Shown here: one piece after another, positions 10,166 through 19,297 of the stretch | Layout: each line of letters begins with the position of its first letter | How positions within the stretch are numbered: the first letter of the stretch is position 1 | Assembly (NCBI GenBank): GCA_043812915.1 | Contig: JBDRLQ010000001.1 | Location: 28,019-92,018 of the forward strand | DNA: 64,000 nt | Direction: 5' to 3' | Source of the DNA: Candidatus Micrarchaeota archaeon | GTDB taxonomy: Archaea; Micrarchaeota; Micrarchaeia; Anstonellales; Bilamarchaeaceae | The notes under the pieces: model-generated | The model's input: only the letters and a program-made list of their open reading frames with translations | What the model was told of the DNA's origin: nothing | Database searches by the model: none | Position numbers and translations under genes: made by a program

Positions 10166-10327
10166 AAAAGTATATTTTCAAACAAATGTTTAAATACTTT
10201 TCTAAAAATCTGTTGGAAGAAGCCATGTTTTTCCGGGAAAACAGAACTCTTCCATAGAATAATTATATCGGAAAAATCGCCAAAAACTCCGAAACCTATT
10301 TAATCATAAATACACCAACCTGTTTCC

Positions 10328-11344
10328 ATGGCTGGAGAATTCATAGGAGTTGAAATTGCAGTAATAATCGTAACGGCGTCCATACTTCTGGCCGGCATCC
10401 TAGTCGGTGTCGGCCGGGCTTTCAACTACAAGCGCATTGAGCACTTCGGCATTGAAGAGCTCATCCAGTCCGTAATCAACGCTGCGATAATCGGCGCTTT
10501 CGCCGCCATCATAGAACTGGTGAATGCAGTATCATCATCCCTGGTCGCAGAAACCTGCGTTGCGGGAGATGCAATCGCACAATTAATCTGCACGCTGGAG
10601 AACCTAGACATATCGATGTTCTCAATGTTCCAGGAGCTTGTCCGGATGACCGAGGTGCTAGGATACTACCAATCGATTGCGCTTGTGCTAAGCTCGATAA
10701 CCATCCAGCCTTTTGCCAACCTCACCGGAATGTCCGACCTTTTCATGTCCCAGCTCCTCTCGATGCAGTTCCTTCTTGTCCTGCTTGATCTGAACCTGCA
10801 GGTCCTGTACTTCGTGGCGCAGAACGCGCTGCTCCTGCTCTTCCCGCTCGGGCTTGTGCTAAGGACTTTATTTGCAACAAGGAAGCTCGGAGGATTCCTG
10901 ATTGCCCTCTCTCTCGGGTTGTACATCCTCTACCCGTCCTTCGTCCTGATATTCCCTGACCCGTCTGATGACGTCCAGAACGCCACTTCCCAGATGAGCG
11001 CGTTCAATGACAACAGCCTGTATGCGACAATGCCGATTGTTGACCTCAATGACAATTACGCGCTGGCAGGGAAACTTGACCTGATGAGCGGAAGGTGCTT
11101 CGAGGAGGGCGTCAACGGGAGTTCGCACTGCGTTGAGTTCACTTCATCATATGCCGGGGATCCGCCGGACCTTAGCGGGGAGCTTACGGTAATCAGCCAG
11201 AGGAACTCATTCGCGATGTCCAAGGTCCTGCTGTACGCGATAATCGCGCCGCTCTTCTCGCTGCTTATCACAATCGTGTTCGTGAAAGAGGTGGCGTCAC
11301 TGCTCGGCTCAGAGATCGGCCTCTCCAGCCTGGCCTCGGTTTAG
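10328..11344 (+). CDS. Polytopic membrane protein, CedA/VirB6-like
   Basis: Several TM segments; LLFPLGLVLR...TRKLGGFLIALSLGLYILYP motif; upstream of a VirB4/HerA-like ATPase. Family call is inference. Confidence 0.6.
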   Translation: MAGEFIGVEIAVIIVTASILLAGILVGVGRAFNYKRIEHFGIEELIQSVINAAIIGAFAAIIELVNAVSSSLVAETCVAGDAIAQLICTLENLDISMFSMFQELVRMTEVLGYYQSIALVLSSITIQPFANLTGMSDLFMSQLLSMQFLLVLLDLNLQVLYFVAQNALLLLFPLGLVLRTLFATRKLGGFLIALSLGLYILYPSFVLIFPDPSDDVQNATSQMSAFNDNSLYATMPIVDLNDNYALAGKLDLMSGRCFEEGVNGSSHCVEFTSSYAGDPPDLSGELTVISQRNSFAMSKVLLYAIIAPLFSLLITIVFVKEVASLLGSEIGLSSLASV

Positions 11345-11404
11345 GCGGAGCCTTGCCCCAACATTTAAATAGTAGTCCCGATATTTTTCTCTGAGAGGTG
11401 AAGA

Positions 11405-12190
11405 TTGGTGTTTCTTAATCGTGCAATCACAGTGGCTGCCCTTGTCGGCGGATTCCTTGCAATCATCGTTTCCCTTGTTTATTCGAACCCGCTTATCCCG
11501 ATTATCGCAGGCTTTCTCTTCCTACTGACGCTTTTCCTCTGGAAATACGGATACCTGATAATCCCGATGATTACCAAGGCTACGAACATCATCGAGGTCC
11601 GCGGGGCGTATGAGGTCCCGCCAACGCGCGACTACATAATGAAGAAGAACCGGAACGGCTACTACGCCACCAAGTTCATGGAAGTTAGGTTCTATGAGAG
11701 CTCGATGGACAAGTCCTCCGATGAGAAGAAGACGATGTTCGAGGCCTTCGAGAAGGCAATCAGCTCGCTGAAATATGTAGTCCGAATCACGATGATGATC
11801 TCCGCGCTTGACCTCTCAACGCACATAGATGAAATCAAGACCAAGAGGAGCTCCGCCGAGACCAAGAAGTCCAAGGCGGGCCAGCTTGCCCAGGATGAGC
11901 GGGTCCGGACCGACCGGGAAATCGCCATGTGGAACCGCCTGCTTGACCGCATCACGCAGGGCGAGAGGCCGGTGGAACTAATCGCATACGCGTCAACCAC
12001 CGCCTTCGGCCTGACAAGGGACGAGGCGCTAAGCCGCGTCTCAAGGCAGTCAAAGGAGCTGAGGACAATCCTCTCCAGCTCGCTCGGCTGCGACATCCGG
12101 GAGCTTTCTGATTTGGAGATGCTCAAATGCTTTGAATGGGATTATTTCTTCCCCACAACTCAGGAGGAAATCAAGGACGCAGTGTTCTGA
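11405..12190 (+). CDS. Membrane-anchored protein resembling PrgI/VirB3 plus VirB4 N-terminal domain
   Basis: Two N-terminal TM helices then alpha/beta domain with central coiled coil; GAGGTG RBS. Confidence 0.6.
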   Translation: MVFLNRAITVAALVGGFLAIIVSLVYSNPLIPIIAGFLFLLTLFLWKYGYLIIPMITKATNIIEVRGAYEVPPTRDYIMKKNRNGYYATKFMEVRFYESSMDKSSDEKKTMFEAFEKAISSLKYVVRITMMISALDLSTHIDEIKTKRSSAETKKSKAGQLAQDERVRTDREIAMWNRLLDRITQGERPVELIAYASTTAFGLTRDEALSRVSRQSKELRTILSSSLGCDIRELSDLEMLKCFEWDYFFPTTQEEIKDAVF

Positions 12191-12320
12191 TTTCTCCCCC
12201 TCTCTTTTCCCCAGCACATCAAAATATTTATATACTCCACTACACACTATCTTCTGAGAGTTACGGGATAGCTGCTAGCTTCTCTGCTCTACCATCAAAG
12301 TGACAGGAGGAATGTAACGA

Positions 12321-13769
12321 ATGGGTTTGAAACAATCCTACATGCTTTCGCAGGAACTTGCAAGGAAAATGATTGTGGTTCACCCTCCTGAACCGCGGAA
12401 AGAGCTCCTCCTGGCGCAGCCGGACCAGGGGGTGTATGTCGGAAAGACCCGGTTCCTCGGAACGCCCGTGTTCTGGGACCCCTCAAAACTGATCAATCCT
12501 CATCTTGCCATCATCGGAATCACGGGTTCCGGAAAATCATACACAGTAAAGACTTTTCTGACAAGGGCCTCTCTCATCTGGAACACCAACGCAATCATCC
12601 TGGACTGGGTGGGCGAATACAACAAGTGGGTGAAGCAGGCGGGCGGCAGGGTGGTCGACCTCTCGAAGGAGCGGCTTAACCTTCTTGACCTGATGGACCT
12701 GCCCAAGCGCAGCAGGATAAGGCAGATTATCTCCGCCCTTGACATACTTATCGACCTCAAGAGCTATCCTAATGAGAGGGACGAGATTGAAGAGGCCCTC
12801 GAGTCCATATACGAGCGCAAGAAAAAAAAGGCGAACCTTGTGGATGTCGTGAAGTTCCTTGAGAAGAAGGATCTGAAGCGCTCTGCGAGGCTGCTAAAGA
12901 GGTTCACCGTTGAGGGCACTGATTTCTTTGCCGGAAAATCCACCGTGGACATCACGCAATTGTCCAATTCCGGCCTTGTCTGCATCGACCTGCACTCGCT
13001 CCCGACCGAGGAGATGCGCTCTTTGGCGGGCCTGACAATCCTGCAGTACATCAAGGAGATGATGCGCACCGAGGGCATTGGCGAGGACAACAAGCACGTG
13101 CGCCTTTTCGTGGTGCTGGACGAGGCATGGAAAATAGCGCAGGATGAGCGCAGCGACGTGGTCGCGATAGTCCGCGAAGGCCGCAAATACAACTTCTCGC
13201 TCATCATAGCTACGCAGAACCCGACAGACATGCATAAGACGATATTTTCCAATATCGGCACAATCGTCACCCTCCGCCTCATACTGAGGGAGTACCGTGA
13301 TTATGTGAGGAATTCAATCGGCTATTCCAACTTCATAGATGATGAGATTGGCAAGTTCGGTGTCGGTGACGCCGCCGTCAGCATGATGTTCGCCCAGAGG
13401 CAGACAAAGGTGATGACATTCCTTATGGACAAGATAGATGGGGAGGAGCCTCTTTTCCTCTTCAGGATACGGGGTGTAAAAATGGATGTTGAGATTGAGA
13501 GGGAACAATTTGTTCGGATGCTTTACGAGCTGGGCCTGACCGAGTCGCAGCTGAACCTGGTCAAATCAGAATTCGAGAAGAGTGATGGTTTGCTTGATGG
13601 CGAGATGCTGGTCGAGATATTCGAGAAGTTCGGGTACTCCAGGCCATCCATCATGTCATTCCTCAGGCAGCTGGGCGTGGATGAGAAGAACCTCATCAAG
13701 ATATTCTCGCTGGTGAAGATGAGGAAGGCCAGGAAAGGCGTAGTGAACGTGGTATTTGACGAGCAGTGA
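12321..13769 (+). CDS. VirB4/HerA(DUF87)-like P-loop ATPase
   Basis: NPHLAIIGITGSGKS (Walker A), IILDWVGEY, VVLDEAW (Walker B), REGRKY, ATQNP; AGGAGG RBS. Confidence 0.9.
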   Translation: MGLKQSYMLSQELARKMIVVHPPEPRKELLLAQPDQGVYVGKTRFLGTPVFWDPSKLINPHLAIIGITGSGKSYTVKTFLTRASLIWNTNAIILDWVGEYNKWVKQAGGRVVDLSKERLNLLDLMDLPKRSRIRQIISALDILIDLKSYPNERDEIEEALESIYERKKKKANLVDVVKFLEKKDLKRSARLLKRFTVEGTDFFAGKSTVDITQLSNSGLVCIDLHSLPTEEMRSLAGLTILQYIKEMMRTEGIGEDNKHVRLFVVLDEAWKIAQDERSDVVAIVREGRKYNFSLIIATQNPTDMHKTIFSNIGTIVTLRLILREYRDYVRNSIGYSNFIDDEIGKFGVGDAAVSMMFAQRQTKVMTFLMDKIDGEEPLFLFRIRGVKMDVEIEREQFVRMLYELGLTESQLNLVKSEFEKSDGLLDGEMLVEIFEKFGYSRPSIMSFLRQLGVDEKNLIKIFSLVKMRKARKGVVNVVFDEQ

Positions 13770-14485
13770 TTGGCATGGAAGAGGAGAAGATAACGGTAAA
13801 GGGGAACCTGAAGGGAGAGCAGGGGCTCAGCACCCTCGCGCGGCTGATGGGGGAGCTTGGCTTTTCAAAGATATCCTATGACAAGGACAAGCTCGTTGTC
13901 GAGAAGATAAAGGGCCATGACCTTAGCGGAAAGCCATTCCTGGAATACCGCATGAGATTCACGGGCAAGCTGATTGAATTCACATACAACGTCCCGCCCA
14001 AAAAGAGCAGCAGGGCAATCCTCCTTGAGCTTCTCCCGACTTTCCTTAGCGTGCTGCAGGTGGCGGAAGACTACTATGAGATTGCCCCGTCGGCTATGTA
14101 CGGGCACATAAGCGGAGTCCTGAAGGAAACCGTCAAGGTGATGGGCAAGGATGTAGTGGAGCTCTCCACGACGCTTAGCGACATAGAGGTCAAGCACAAC
14201 GACCTTACGATGAAATATGATGACCTGCTGCGCTCAAGCGAGGCGAACGCGAAGATCCTCCTTGAGACTGAGAGGCGCAGGGACGAACTGGCAAAGAGGG
14301 TAGAGACGCTCACGAAAATCAGCGATGATACCCTCAGGGAATCTCTCTACGACTGGATTCGCATGCACGGGGGGAGCATCAACATGCGCGAGTTCGCAAG
14401 GACGAATTCGGTTTCAGTGCCCCGCATAGAGGAAGGCCTGAACAGTCTTATATCGGAGGGCTTCATCAAGAGGAGGCTGGATTAG
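13766..14485 (+). CDS. Coiled-coil protein with C-terminal winged helix
   Basis: Overlaps ATPase stop (GTGA); heptad-rich middle; WIRMHGGSINMREFARTNSVSVPRIEEGLNSLISEGFI wHTH pattern. Confidence 0.7.
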   Translation: MIGMEEEKITVKGNLKGEQGLSTLARLMGELGFSKISYDKDKLVVEKIKGHDLSGKPFLEYRMRFTGKLIEFTYNVPPKKSSRAILLELLPTFLSVLQVAEDYYEIAPSAMYGHISGVLKETVKVMGKDVVELSTTLSDIEVKHNDLTMKYDDLLRSSEANAKILLETERRRDELAKRVETLTKISDDTLRESLYDWIRMHGGSINMREFARTNSVSVPRIEEGLNSLISEGFIKRRLD

Positions 14486-14623
14486 ATGGATGAAGGGCAG
14501 AATGATGAAATCAGCTTTATCATCGCGCAGAACTACCCGGCAGTCCGGAAATTCGTTGTGCAGAAGCCGATGAAGAAATCGATAATGGATTCCTTCAAGG
14601 AACTGCTGGTCGGCAGAGGGTGA
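14486..14623 (+). CDS. Small hypothetical protein (45 aa, MDEGQNDEISFII...)
   Basis: Fills the gap exactly: ATG directly after the upstream TAG, AGGAGG upstream, stop 5 nt before purD ATG. Confidence 0.55.
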   Translation: MDEGQNDEISFIIAQNYPAVRKFVVQKPMKKSIMDSFKELLVGRG

Positions 14624-14628
14624 ACTAA

Positions 14629-15942
14629 ATGAAAGTGCTAATTGTCGGGAATGGCGCCAGGGAGCATGTGATTGCGCAGAAGCTGGCGAAAGATTCTGAG
14701 GTATATGCGGTAATGTCAAAGCTCAACCCTGCAATCGCGAGGCTCTGCAGGAAGCACTGGATATGCGACATTGAGAATCCCGGGGAAGTGAAGAGGGTAA
14801 TCGCAGGGGAGCGGTTCGACCTGGGCTTCTCAAGCCCGGACGGCACTCTTGCGGCTGGTGTCAGCGACGCGCTAAAGGAGCATGGCATGAAGGTCGCCTC
14901 GCCCACCCAGGCCGCCTCGCGAATAGAATGGGACAAGAGCTTCATGCGGAACCTGATGAAGAGCCACAACATAGAGGGCATGCCGAGGATTGAGCTGCCC
15001 GGCAATATCGAGGATGCGAAGAAGGCGGTGGATGAGATTGGCGAAGTGGCGGTAAAGCCCCTTGGCCTCACTGGCGGAAAGGGGGTTCGCATTTCCGGAG
15101 AGCATTTCAGCGAGCATGGGGAGATCATCTCCTACTGTGATGACCTAATCAGGAAGGATGGCAAGGTGCTCATAGAGGAGAAGCTTGTCGGGGAGGAATT
15201 CACGCTGCAGGCTTTCTGCGACGGGAACACGATGGCCGCCATGCCGCCTGTCCAGGACCACAAGCGCGCCTTCGAAGGGGACCGGGGTCCGAATACCGGC
15301 GGTATGGGCTCATATTCAACCGGCAGGATGCTCCCGTTCCTCAAGGAATCAGACCTTGAGCAGGCAAAGAAGATAATGCAGGGCGTGCTCGATGCACTAA
15401 AAGCAGAGGGCGCGCCTTTCACCGGGGTGCTCTACGGCCAGTTCATGGCCACAAGGGACGGGCTCAAGGTGATAGAGTTCAACGCAAGGTTCGGGGACCC
15501 GGAGGCGATGAATGTCCTCAGCCTGCTGGAGAGCTCACTATCCGAGATATTCCTCTCAATGGCTGAGGGAAGCCTGGCGGAGCCTGTATTCTCTGAGGAT
15601 GCGACTGTTGTGAAATACCTTGTCCCGACCTGGTATCCGGACAGCCCTGCCGCGGCGCTCCCGACGCTTGAAACCGAAGTGTCCGTGGATAACGCTGCAG
15701 TGCGGTCCGCTGGCGCGGAGGTGTACTATGCCTCTGTGTTCGAGGATGAAGGGAAAATACATGTAACACTATCACGCTCATTCGGAGTCCTCGGAAGGGC
15801 CAGGAGCGTAGAGGAAGCCGAAAAGATTGCTGAATCCGCCTGCAGCGCGTTCAGCGGACCACTGAAGCACAGGAAAGACATCGGAACTGCCCCGCTCATC
15901 CGGAAACGGGCTGAGCACATGAAGGAGCTCCGCGGACAATGA
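14629..15942 (+). CDS. purD: Phosphoribosylamine--glycine ligase
   Basis: MKVLIVG.GAREH, GL.GGKGV, QDHKRAFEGD.GPNTGGMG, EFNARFGDPE. Confidence 0.97.
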   Translation: MKVLIVGNGAREHVIAQKLAKDSEVYAVMSKLNPAIARLCRKHWICDIENPGEVKRVIAGERFDLGFSSPDGTLAAGVSDALKEHGMKVASPTQAASRIEWDKSFMRNLMKSHNIEGMPRIELPGNIEDAKKAVDEIGEVAVKPLGLTGGKGVRISGEHFSEHGEIISYCDDLIRKDGKVLIEEKLVGEEFTLQAFCDGNTMAAMPPVQDHKRAFEGDRGPNTGGMGSYSTGRMLPFLKESDLEQAKKIMQGVLDALKAEGAPFTGVLYGQFMATRDGLKVIEFNARFGDPEAMNVLSLLESSLSEIFLSMAEGSLAEPVFSEDATVVKYLVPTWYPDSPAAALPTLETEVSVDNAAVRSAGAEVYYASVFEDEGKIHVTLSRSFGVLGRARSVEEAEKIAESACSAFSGPLKHRKDIGTAPLIRKRAEHMKELRGQ

Positions 15943-17186
15943 AGAGTATAATATTGCTTCTGCTTCTTGTATCAGCCTCATATTCCAGTTTCGGCTATTC
16001 CAGGATAGAGCTGGAGCGCATATGGACCATAGAGGCTCCGGAACCTGGCGCGCATGTCACGTTTGAGGGGATGCTCGTTTTCAATGACAGCTTCCAGAAA
16101 GTTTATCTCATCCATACCGAGCCCGAGATGGACATGATGGAGGACGAGAACGGAAGCATAAGGCTGCAGTACGAGGGCACCATGGACGGCACTGTCCTGC
16201 GCCTTAAAGGAAGCACGCTCGTGGAGCTATATTACAACACCTCACTGAAGGAGGATCCTCCGCTTCCGGAGGGGGAACTGGGCTATACAGAGCTCACGAT
16301 GCCCAATCAGGCAATCCGCATGCAGGCGCAGGCGCTGAAAGAGGATACGGCGCTCGAAACCATCCGGAACCTGGCCAACTGGGTGCACCAGAATGTGGAA
16401 TATGACCTTGGCTACTGGGGGCAGACAAGAACGGCGGAGGAGATATTCAGCCAGCGCAGGGGCGTATGCGTTCAATATTCGCACCTTTTCATCTCCATGG
16501 CCCGCTCCCTCGGGCTTCAGACGAGGTATGTAAGCGGATATGTCAATGTCAACCGCGCCTGGCAGGCCCATGCCTGGACAGAGGTCTACGTGCCTGATTA
16601 TGGATGGCTTCCCGTGGACCCCACATTCGGGGAGGTTGGGACCCTTGACAATTCGCACCTGATAATCGCCTATGGAACGGACCAGGAGTCAATATACGAC
16701 AGCCTTTTCTCGAACAAGCCGGACACCCTGTTTTCGGTTGATGACTCACTGAGCGCAAAGCTTGATTCCGAGGACCCGCACGGAATCCAGATGCTGCTCT
16801 CATTCCAGAGGGAGCTGCTCACCCTGGAGGTAACCGTGAGGAACACGGATGATGATTACCAGTTCGCGACATACTCATATGCGGCTCCGGAAGACTACGG
16901 CGGCCAGGTGGGCGAAATCATACTCCTGAAGCCGAATGAGGAGCGGCACTTCTACTACAGCCTGAACAATTCGCTTTTTCAAGATGGCTACACATACAGG
17001 ATACCCGTAAGGGCATCTGCCAACGATGCCGTGGCTGAGGAGGAGATTGTTATCAACAGGCCGCACCAGCAGGAGACTGCGGCAGAAAGCGTGCAGGAAG
17101 CAACTTCCTGCCTTCTGCCATCGCTGGTGTTCATGCTCATCCTGTTCATTTCCTCCCTGGCCATCTTCGAGCGGAAATATCGGTGA
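15939..17186 (+). CDS. Secreted transglutaminase-like domain protein with C-terminal anchor
   Basis: Signal peptide; GVCVQYS, HAWTEVY, WLPVDPT Cys-His-Asp triad; C-terminal SCLLP-TM-RKYR. Confidence 0.85.
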   Translation: MKSIILLLLLVSASYSSFGYSRIELERIWTIEAPEPGAHVTFEGMLVFNDSFQKVYLIHTEPEMDMMEDENGSIRLQYEGTMDGTVLRLKGSTLVELYYNTSLKEDPPLPEGELGYTELTMPNQAIRMQAQALKEDTALETIRNLANWVHQNVEYDLGYWGQTRTAEEIFSQRRGVCVQYSHLFISMARSLGLQTRYVSGYVNVNRAWQAHAWTEVYVPDYGWLPVDPTFGEVGTLDNSHLIIAYGTDQESIYDSLFSNKPDTLFSVDDSLSAKLDSEDPHGIQMLLSFQRELLTLEVTVRNTDDDYQFATYSYAAPEDYGGQVGEIILLKPNEERHFYYSLNNSLFQDGYTYRIPVRASANDAVAEEEIVINRPHQQETAAESVQEATSCLLPSLVFMLILFISSLAIFERKYR

Positions 17187-17190
17187 TTTG

Positions 17191-17805
17191 ATGCAGGGGA
17201 ACACGGGCGCGCTGATGTCCAGGCTGGGCCGCGCGCAGAAGGAAATGGGCGCCATCGTCCGCAGTAGGATGGAGGAATTCGCCTCCAACAGCAACTGGTT
17301 CTCAGAGCTGTGCTTCTGCATCCTGACGGCGAATTACACCGCGGAAGGCGGAATCCGAATCCAGAACTCAGTAAAGGATTTCTCCGGGCTTTCCCGCCAG
17401 AAGATAGAGAAGGTGCTTCGCAGCCATGGCTACCGGTTCCCCAAAGTCCGCTCGGAATTCCTGTTCCTGGCAGGGAAGCACCGCGATTCCCTCCATTCCC
17501 TCCCATTGATGGAGAATTCCTTGGAACGGAGGGAATGGCTGGTGAAGAACGTGAAGGGCATCGGGTACAAGGAGGCGAGCCATTTCCTGCGCAATGTTGG
17601 CTTTTCGGATGTCGCGATAATAGACCGGCATATCCTGTCTGTCCTCTGCCAGCACCAGCTGATAGAGATGCCAAAAACGCTCACGAAAAGAAGGTATCTG
17701 GAAATAGAAAGGACGCTCGCGGGTATTGCCAGGAAGGCCTCAATGTCCCTTGGCGAGCTTGATTTGTATCTCTGGTACTTGAAAACCGGTAAAGTGCTCA
17801 AGTAG
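17191..17805 (+). CDS. ogg: 8-oxoguanine DNA glycosylase / AP lyase (Ogg2 type)
   Basis: FSELCFCILTAN, GYRFP, REWLVKNVKGIGYKEASHFLRNVG, AIIDRH, LDLYLWY.KTGKVLK. Confidence 0.95.
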   Translation: MQGNTGALMSRLGRAQKEMGAIVRSRMEEFASNSNWFSELCFCILTANYTAEGGIRIQNSVKDFSGLSRQKIEKVLRSHGYRFPKVRSEFLFLAGKHRDSLHSLPLMENSLERREWLVKNVKGIGYKEASHFLRNVGFSDVAIIDRHILSVLCQHQLIEMPKTLTKRRYLEIERTLAGIARKASMSLGELDLYLWYLKTGKVLK

Positions 17806-17807
17806 CG

Positions 17808-18155
17808 CTATTCCCCGAATTTTGTGGCAACGACATCGGCAATCGCACCGTATGCCGCTCCGAAGACCAGCAGTATCGCGGCCCCGCTTCCGCCGGGAAT
17901 CATTATCGCGATGCTCACGATTGCTCCTATAAGTGCCCCACGAAGGGCTGCGTTCGGCAGCTTGGATTTCAGCAGGCTCATATGGCCGGCAAGGCCCACC
18001 ATGAAGCCAATCAGCACCCGGTTATAGAATATCATCCCTAGCAAAGACATGGTCACAATAACTCCTGGAATCTGCACCATGGTCGTCCCATACGCGCAGA
18101 AGAGCCCGAACAGGATTGAGATGCCCAATGCGATTAGCATTCGTTTCGTGTTCAT
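17808..18155 (-). CDS. Small integral membrane protein
   Basis: Four hydrophobic segments; GAGGTGA RBS; downstream of the M42 peptidase gene. Confidence 0.75.
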   Translation of the reverse strand: MNTKRMLIALGISILFGLFCAYGTTMVQIPGVIVTMSLLGMIFYNRVLIGFMVGLAGHMSLLKSKLPNAALRGALIGAIVSIAIMIPGGSGAAILLVFGAAYGAIADVVATKFGE

Positions 18156-18174
18156 TCATCATCACCTCTGAGTA

Positions 18175-19164
18175 TCATACTATGCAGATTTTCGGAGGAC
18201 TCCTAAGGAGCAGCTCCACTAGGGTCACCGAATTCTTTATGTCATCCAGGTGCGCCATGCTTGCTGGTGTGTGCATGTTCTTTATCGCGACTCCAACGAC
18301 CGCGGTGGGCACGCCGCCCCTGGAGAGCGAGATGCTCAGGGCGTCCGTTGTGCCGCTGTCGCTTACCTCCAGCTGCACCTTCATCCGCTTCCTTTTGGCT
18401 ATTGCCTCCATCCAGCCGTTTATGCACCTGTTGCCAATCATCTCGGAATCCATTATTGTTATGCAGGGGCCTTCCCCCATCTTCCTTGACTCGCCATTGG
18501 CATCGGTGACATCCACAACGATTGCCCAGTCGGGCTTGATGTCATACGCCGAAATCTTCGCGCCGTACATCCCCATCTCCTCCTGGACAGTAAATACGTA
18601 GAAAATCTCCTCCTTCGCCTTCTTGAGCCTCTTGGCAAGCTCAATTAGCACAAAGCAGCCGAGCCTGTCATCAAGCGCCTTGCCGGCTATAATCTTCTCT
18701 GAGCCCATCGTGGCGTAGCCGCTGTTGTAGAATGAGATGTATGTGCCTATCCTGATTCCACTCCTTTCCAGCTCCTTCTTCGTAAGCCCGGTGTCCACAT
18801 AGAGATTCTCCATGGCCGGCAGTTCCTTTATCTCCTCACCGCGGCTGAGCTCCTTGGTGGTTATCACACCCTTAATCTTGCCAAGGCTAACCCTCCGGCA
18901 TATGAGGGCAGCCCCGTCCAGGCCGCCGACAGCCGAGAATCTTATCTTTCCATCATCCTCGATTTCCCTGACCATCAGCCCCACTTCGTCCATATGCGCG
19001 GCAAGCATCACGGTTGGCTTTGTGCCTTTCTTGTGCGCAACTAAGTTCCCGACCTTGTCAATCCGGATGCTGTCCACATGCGGCCCGATTTCTTTTTTGA
19101 TGATTTTCCGCACGTCGTCCTCCATCCCGCTGATGCCGACCGCGTTGATTAGTTTGTCAAGCAT
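18175..19164 (-). CDS. M42-family (TET) aminopeptidase
   Basis: AAHMDEVG, KALDDRLG, TVQEE.G, GTTDA, MHTP. Confidence 0.93.
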   Translation of the reverse strand: MLDKLINAVGISGMEDDVRKIIKKEIGPHVDSIRIDKVGNLVAHKKGTKPTVMLAAHMDEVGLMVREIEDDGKIRFSAVGGLDGAALICRRVSLGKIKGVITTKELSRGEEIKELPAMENLYVDTGLTKKELERSGIRIGTYISFYNSGYATMGSEKIIAGKALDDRLGCFVLIELAKRLKKAKEEIFYVFTVQEEMGMYGAKISAYDIKPDWAIVVDVTDANGESRKMGEGPCITIMDSEMIGNRCINGWMEAIAKRKRMKVQLEVSDSGTTDALSISLSRGGVPTAVVGVAIKNMHTPASMAHLDDIKNSVTLVELLLRSPPKICIV

Positions 19165-19297
19165 GAATATCACTGGATGTAGATTCAAATAGAATTCTTA
19201 TAACTATTTGTGGAATATCCCTCTTTTTTTAAGGAAACGCTGGTTCTGGATTCATAAACTTAATTTTATATATGTTAGTGTGTGTATATTATCAACT

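Noticed and set aside
12250..12310. Leader of the ATPase gene containing AGTTACGGGAT, loosely antisense to a 23S motif
   Set aside because: No proper C/D boxes; treated as a 5' UTR
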